31,750 nt of DNA from an uncultured bacterium. Its GTDB lineage: Bacteria > Lernaellota > Lernaellaia > Lernaellales > Lernaellaceae. The stretch spans positions 1 through 31,750 of the forward strand of contig CAZHPN010000059.1 in the NCBI GenBank assembly GCA_964534375.1, written 5' to 3'. Positions 26,874-31,750 of this stretch are shown piece after piece (positions within the stretch are counted from its first letter, which is position 1; the number at the start of each line of letters is the position of its first letter). The translations under genes were made by a program, and so were the position numbers. The notes under the pieces were generated by a model, which saw only the letters and a program-made list of their open reading frames with translations, did no database searches and was not told the DNA's origin.

Positions 26874-27089
26874 GATGGAACCTCAACGAATTGATAATGC
26901 GGCGAGCGTACCGAACTGGCGGGACGTTGCCAAGCCGCCGGATAACTTTAAACACCGAGAGCACGGAGCAAGTGCATAGAGAGCACAGGGGCGGTCGCAG
27001 CGCGCCGCGCGCGATCGCGCACGAAGCGTTGCGACCGCGCTCATCTCTGCGCGCTCTGTGTCTTCCCTCTGCGGCCTCTGTGTTCAGCC
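26867..27089 (-). repeat. Direct repeat copy B
   Basis: Offset 1358 bp from copy A; same TTGGCA-N17-TACGCT (26933-26905), GAGG RBS and GTGCCGG start. Confidence 0.9.
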
Positions 27090-27233
27090 TTCCAACGCCG
27101 CGAATGCACGCGAAGAGGATGCGGTGCGATTCGGGCGTGAAACCGCGAATACACACGAATGCACGCGAATAAATCGATATTGTTCACCGCCGAGGACGGA
27201 GGGGTCGCCGAGGAACCGACCACGGGCCGCCGG

Positions 27234-27282
27234 CAACTGTTCACTGTTCGCTGTTCACTGTTCACTGTTCACTGGCCGCTGC
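27234..27282. repeat. 7-bp tandem repeat (TCACTGT) x7
   Basis: caactgt tcactgt tcgctgt tcactgt tcactgt tcactgg ccgctgc. Confidence 0.8.
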
Positions 27283-27360
27283 TTGACAGCCGGCCGCGGG
27301 CCGCGTAGTCAATACGCCGACGACGCTTTCGCGGCGTGATTGGTTGGAGGGTGGAAACAG

Positions 27361-27939
27361 TTGAAACCACGATGTCTGATTTTGTTGGGCGCGCTGGTCG
27401 CGGCGTCCGCCGCGCTGCTTTTCGCCTGCGGTTCCACCAGCAGCCACGAGAGTTCGACGGCCGATGACGACGTCGCGGCCGAAACCGTATGGACCGATAC
27501 GACCTCGGGGCTGGCGTGGCAAAGCGGCGCAGCGGTCGGGACCATCCCGTATTTGGGAGAGAACGCTCAGAGTTACTGCGCCGGCTTGACCTGGGCCGGC
27601 GAATCCGGCTGGCGGCTGCCGACGATCACCGAGCTGCGCAGCCTGGTCCGCGGCTGCCCCGCCACGGATGCCGGCGATTCGTGCGGCGTGACGAACAGTT
27701 GCGCGCAATCCAATTGTTGGAGCAACACGTGCTTCGGTTGCACCAATTACCTTGGCGGTCCCGGCCCGGGCGGCGCCTACTGGCCGGCGGAACTCACGGG
27801 CTTTGTCGGCGCATCCGGGTATTGGTCGTCCACCGCGGTCACGGATTCCCCGAATGCCCTGTGGGTCGTCAATTTTTTCTACGGCGGCGTGGGCAATCTC
27901 TCGGACATCATCAACGGCTGCGTGCGCTGCGTGCGTTGA
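27361..27939 (+). CDS. DUF1566 (Lcl C-terminal-like) lipoprotein
   Basis: Lipobox LFA-C; DTTSGLAWQ, GWRLPTITELRSL, YWSST and terminal VRCVR. TTG start after GGAGG. Confidence 0.85.
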   Translation: MKPRCLILLGALVAASAALLFACGSTSSHESSTADDDVAAETVWTDTTSGLAWQSGAAVGTIPYLGENAQSYCAGLTWAGESGWRLPTITELRSLVRGCPATDAGDSCGVTNSCAQSNCWSNTCFGCTNYLGGPGPGGAYWPAELTGFVGASGYWSSTAVTDSPNALWVVNFFYGGVGNLSDIINGCVRCVR

Positions 27940-28023
27940 GCCGACGACGCCGTCGGTCGCAATCGCCGCTGCGGCGCCCGGCGCCAGCCGAGGCGTTGTC
28001 GGGATTTTCCGTTGGATGGCAGA

Positions 28024-29103
28024 ATGATTTTTCGCCGCACCAGACCTCGGGCCCGCCGGTTGCGGAAATGGTTCGCGCCGCGGTTCGCCGCGCTGCTCTG
28101 CGGCCTGGCCGTCGCGGCGGCGGTTTCCGTGCCGGTGTTGCGATGCACCTCGCCGGCGCCGCGTCCACGTGGCGACACCCTGCAATGCGAAGACGCCAAC
28201 CCCGCCTCATCTGTCGAGCCGGATGAAAATCTGGGCTACCGCTGGCGGCCGAATTACGCCGGCGGCGTCAGTTGTTGTCATGCGGACGGCCGCGTGTTGT
28301 ACGAAATGAATTTTGTCACCGACGATTTCGGCCGGCGCGTGACGCCCCAACAGCCGCCCGAGCCGACCGATTTTTTTGCGCTGTTTGTCGGTTGTTCGTA
28401 CGCCTTCGGCGCGACGGTCAACGATGACGAAACGCTGCCCGCGCAATTCGCGCAACAAATTGCCGGGCGGCCGGTGCAGGTCTACAACTACGGCGTGACG
28501 AGTTGGGGTCCGCACAACATTCTGGCTTTGATGGGCGACCCCCGGCTGGCGTCGGGGGTCCGCGAACGGCGCGGCATATTGATTTATTTGTTCATCGATC
28601 ATCACGTGGACCGGGCGATCGGGCGTTTTTCCTGGCTGTACGTGTCGGCCACGCGCTCTCCATACTACCAATTCGCGGCCGACGGATCGCTGGTGCGAAA
28701 AGGGCTGATGGATCGCCGCCACATTCCCGACGCCGGCGCCAACCTGCTCTATTTTTTATGGCGATCGTGGCCGCGACTGTGGATCGACTGGCCGCCGACC
28801 ATCCGTCCCAAGGATCTGGCGCTGACCGCGGCCGTCATCGCGCAGACGGCAGCGGCCTTTGCGAATGCGTTTGACTCGCAAGGATTCTATGTTCTTTTTT
28901 ATCCCGGCTCTCAGTATCAGTCGGCGATGACAAGGTTGCTGGAGGGCAAAAACATCCGTTTCTTGCCGTATGCGAGATTCGCCCCTTTCGCGCAGTATTC
29001 GGACGATCGTTTGGCGGTGGACCTCCACCCCACGCCGTTGGCGTATCATTTGCTCAGTGAACGAATGGCCGGCGACCTGGCGAAAGCGGGGGTTCTGCCC
29101 TGA
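28024..29103 (+). CDS. Membrane-anchored SGNH/GDSL-like protein
   Basis: FVGCSYAFG (block I-like), YNYGVTSWG and DLHPT (DxH). Confidence 0.65.
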   Translation: MIFRRTRPRARRLRKWFAPRFAALLCGLAVAAAVSVPVLRCTSPAPRPRGDTLQCEDANPASSVEPDENLGYRWRPNYAGGVSCCHADGRVLYEMNFVTDDFGRRVTPQQPPEPTDFFALFVGCSYAFGATVNDDETLPAQFAQQIAGRPVQVYNYGVTSWGPHNILALMGDPRLASGVRERRGILIYLFIDHHVDRAIGRFSWLYVSATRSPYYQFAADGSLVRKGLMDRRHIPDAGANLLYFLWRSWPRLWIDWPPTIRPKDLALTAAVIAQTAAAFANAFDSQGFYVLFYPGSQYQSAMTRLLEGKNIRFLPYARFAPFAQYSDDRLAVDLHPTPLAYHLLSERMAGDLAKAGVLP

Positions 29104-29271
29104 CGGGCGAGGGGTCGCGCCGGGGCGGAACGCGGTTGCGCCATCCCGATCCATGGCCCTCTTGACGGCTCGTTCGACAGTGAAAGAACACGGGCGACAA
29201 AAACTCTCCTGGGAGTCTTAGATGGCGCCCCCGCGGCCAGCGAGTCCGACGCGCGCGCCAGAATCAGCCAA

Positions 29272-29651
29272 CTGGAGTTCGGCGCGGACCTTCGCTTCCA
29301 GACCGAGTTGCGCAAGCGGATCGACGACCATTCCCTGGTCCCCGGGCGACGCCGGCGCGACTGCTGGCAGATGTATTGGTTTTTTTCAGCCTGGCCGTCG
29401 TCATTCCGCTCCTCTTCCACACTTTCTCGACCGTGCTTTTCTACTACGCGGTGACGGCGATCGTGATCGGCGTGGCGATGGCGCTCATATTCGTCCTGCC
29501 GCATCTCGTCGGCGAGGCGAAATTCCCGCTGCCCGTGCCCGGAACGAACCGCATCGAGTCGCCGTGGGCAGTACACCACATCGAGACCACGCTGGATTTC
29601 GCCCGCGAAAGCCGTATCTGGACCTGGCTCCTGGGCGGCCTGAATTTTCAT
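29272..29651 (+). pseudogene. Membrane fatty-acid desaturase remnant
   Basis: LEFGADLRFQTELRKRID...RDCWQMY (N-terminus-like) joined out of frame to IFVLPH...WAVHHIETTLDF...WLLGGLNFH. Central His boxes and the final EHHLFP box are absent. Confidence 0.7.
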
Positions 29652-29707
29652 ATGGGCGCGCCGCCGCGCGCCCTTTCGCGTTTGTCGGTTCGCCGTCGCC
29701 GCTTACA

Positions 29708-31267
29708 TCACATATTCTTCGTGATGAACTTGGAATACTCGCCCAGCCAATACGCGACGAGGTAGTCCGCGCCCGGGTACGTGTGCTCGGGGTTGTTGTT
29801 GCCGCACGGGCCGAGGGAGTACGGATTGTCCTGCCAGAAGAAACCGCCCGTGCACTGCTGCGGCACCGGGAAAGCGTAAAGCGCCTGCACATTCACCGTA
29901 CCCATGATTTGCCCGAGGAACGGGATGTCGGTCATCAGTGTGTTGAGCAGTTCCGAGATCGGATCGACCGTGTAGCCGGTCTGGGCCGCGAGCGCGTATT
30001 CGAAACTCGGCGCGGTCACGAAATCGGTCAGGTCGTCTACAAGCTGCGTTTGATACGGATCGGGCGGCCCGCTGGGCGTGTACGGCCCCTGGCTCATATA
30101 AATGCCGTCGAACCACGCGTTGTGCGACAGCCGCGTGTAGGTTTCGTGCTGGTCGTAGCATTTCAAAAACCACTGGTAGTCGGCGGCGCTGAAATACACT
30201 TTGCCGAGGCGCAGCAGCGAGTACCACGTCGTGTGGCTCAGGTTGTTGCCGTAGTACTGCGTGTAGCGATTCATGAAATCGATCATGGCCAACTCGTATT
30301 CGATCCGCGCCTTGTCGGTCAAAATCGCTTGCAACGGGGCCTTGAATTCGTCGGCGCCCGTCATGTGATAAGCGATGAGCAGCCACTCGGCTTTCATCGG
30401 CGCCATGATGTTCGGGCCGGCCGTCGTCGGCAGGTTGTCGGTGTCCATGATCCACCACCCCTGCTTGATCAACGCCTCCACCACCTCAGTCACGTCGGCG
30501 ACGATCATCTGTTTCGTCGGCTCGTCGTCGATCAGGTCGTAGGCGGTCACCATGCCGAAGAACCAACCGGTGTACTGGTCGCGGCTGGTGTTGCCGTACC
30601 AGAAGTCGCCCGCGTACGGGCCGCTGGTGACCTTGCGGCAACTCGTGTCCGCGTCGCACGACGCGTCGCCCGGATATTCCAGGGAGTCGATCGGCGCCCG
30701 AAACCGGGCGATGAAACCCGGCTTGCCGGTCACATGCAGGTGGCCGTCGAGCGTTTTCACCGTGGCGATGGCGTGGGCTTTCGCCTGCGCGTCGTTGGTG
30801 ACCCAATATTCGAACGCCTCGGCGCCGAGGTAGGTGCCCGTCCAAATCGTCGAATCGCCTTGGTCGCCGTAGCTCGCGGGCGTCGTGCGGTTGCTGTCGG
30901 TGAAGTAGGTTTCGACCGCCGCGCCGTAGTACGGCGATTGCCACTGCGTGTACCACGTGTCGTAGCCCATCGCCTTCGTGCGCAGCGGCCCGGCGGCGAC
31001 GTTTTCGTTGTAGTCGCGCTTTTCGACGTTCGATTGCGGCCATGGCGCGACCCAATTGTCGGCCGGCGAGGCGTCGTCGTCCGCCGGCGAGGCGTCATCA
31101 TCCGCCGGCGAGGCGTCGTCGTCATCGTCGGGCGACGTGTCGTTGTCGTCGTCATCGTCGTAGACGATCGGTTGATTGGCGCTGCTGCTCGAACCGCCGC
31201 AGGCCAGGCCGAAAAACGCCGTCGCCAAAATCAACAAACCTACGAATCCCGCAAAACGGAAGGACAT
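29708..31267 (-). CDS. Lipoprotein with Asp-rich linker and a large, probably helical, enzyme-like domain
   Basis: Lipobox GLA-C; DDDDDNDTSPDDDDD(ASPADDD)n; GDSTIWTG and TSRDQY motifs; GAGGAG RBS. Confidence 0.8.
   Translation of the reverse strand: MSFRFAGFVGLLILATAFFGLACGGSSSSANQPIVYDDDDDNDTSPDDDDDASPADDDASPADDDASPADNWVAPWPQSNVEKRDYNENVAAGPLRTKAMGYDTWYTQWQSPYYGAAVETYFTDSNRTTPASYGDQGDSTIWTGTYLGAEAFEYWVTNDAQAKAHAIATVKTLDGHLHVTGKPGFIARFRAPIDSLEYPGDASCDADTSCRKVTSGPYAGDFWYGNTSRDQYTGWFFGMVTAYDLIDDEPTKQMIVADVTEVVEALIKQGWWIMDTDNLPTTAGPNIMAPMKAEWLLIAYHMTGADEFKAPLQAILTDKARIEYELAMIDFMNRYTQYYGNNLSHTTWYSLLRLGKVYFSAADYQWFLKCYDQHETYTRLSHNAWFDGIYMSQGPYTPSGPPDPYQTQLVDDLTDFVTAPSFEYALAAQTGYTVDPISELLNTLMTDIPFLGQIMGTVNVQALYAFPVPQQCTGGFFWQDNPYSLGPCGNNNPEHTYPGADYLVAYWLGEYSKFITKNM
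31062..31124 (-). repeat. Coding 21-bp tandem repeat (DDDASPA) x3
   Basis: GCCGGCGAGGCGTC(G/A)TC(G/A)TC repeated at a 21-bp period. Confidence 0.8.
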
Positions 31268-31448
31268 GGCTTTCTCCTCAGAGCGAAATTTCTACCGCAA
31301 TAATAACAGAGTCGGGGCCGCAGCGCACCCGCCGGCGACAGGGCCGGGTGCCGGCGGGGGCGCCGCACTAGGGCGGCTAAGACCGTCGGCGACGGCGGAA
31401 TCATTTACTCGTGGCGCGATAAGAAACGATGCCTAGCCGCATGGATCT

Positions 31449-31487
31449 TATAGGACGTATAGGTCGTATAGGACGTATAGGTTCTAT
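31449..31487. repeat. 9-bp tandem repeat (TATAGGACG) x4
   Basis: tataggacg tataggtcg tataggacg tataggttc tat. Confidence 0.85.
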
Positions 31488-31638
31488 CGAGCGCGTCGAT
31501 CTCCTGGGCAACCCCACGAATTCCGCGCGTCCCGCACGTGCATTTCGCTCATGTCGCGGCCGGCCATGACTGGTTATGACTGGTTTTCCGGAACTTTTTT
31601 ATTTTCATTGCATACGGCAACCGACAAGTTCCCGCCGA

Positions 31639-31673
31639 CCACTGTTCACTGTTCATTGTTCGCTGCTCACTGT
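31639..31673. repeat. 7-bp tandem repeat (TCACTGT) x5
   Basis: ccactgt tcactgt tcattgt tcgctgc tcactgt. Confidence 0.75.
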
Positions 31674-31750
31674 TCCTGGCCCACGGCCAGGAAACCTGTC
31701 GCTGACAGTTAAACAAGTCCGCAGTAGTAGCAGCTAAAGATGTCCGCTTT

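Noticed and set aside
27283..27311. TTGACA-N17-TAGTCA as promoter of the DUF1566 gene
   Set aside because: The -10 lacks the conserved final T; too weak to list.
3461..31303. Very long alternative ORFs (3461-5113, 3769-5613, 6421-8364, 11160-13517, 23660-25606, 23719-25587, 25525-27156, 29222-31303)
   Set aside because: Arg/Ala/Pro-rich or antisense shadows of recognisable genes, as expected from stop-codon scarcity in high-GC DNA.
27234..31673. Short tandem arrays as CRISPR
   Set aside because: Units of 7-10 bp are contiguous with no unique spacers, and there are no cas genes.

Overview
GC-rich bacterial window; the gene content looks deltaproteobacterial/Myxococcota-like, but taxonomy cannot be fixed from the sequence alone. 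Bases 1-17.2 kb are mostly housekeeping and envelope genes: a GT-C-type membrane protein, rhodanese-MauE/DoxX-lipoprotein, NifU/NfuA-type protein plus an unlisted 55-aa 2[4Fe-4S] ferredoxin, an acyltransferase with an atypical SDR, an acyl-CoA ligase, a coupled kinase/receiver/GGDEF/receiver operon, and two tandem signal peptidases I. Bases 17.3-27.3 kb form a palindrome-rich accessory/defence island. It holds a frameshifted REP-associated tyrosine transposase, an intact DUF3800 gene facing a predicted ~95-nt antisense RNA with its own promoter and terminator, an AT-richer membrane protein, a HEPN gene split by an in-frame TGA followed by a SECIS-like hairpin, a frameshifted fused restriction-modification enzyme, and an acyltransferase-3 gene bracketed by ~200-bp direct repeats that each carry a promoter, RBS and start codon. 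Bases 27.3-31.7 kb hold lipoproteins, an SGNH-like protein and a desaturase remnant. I found no tRNA, rRNA or CRISPR array. All family calls come from motif recognition by eye, not from database searches.
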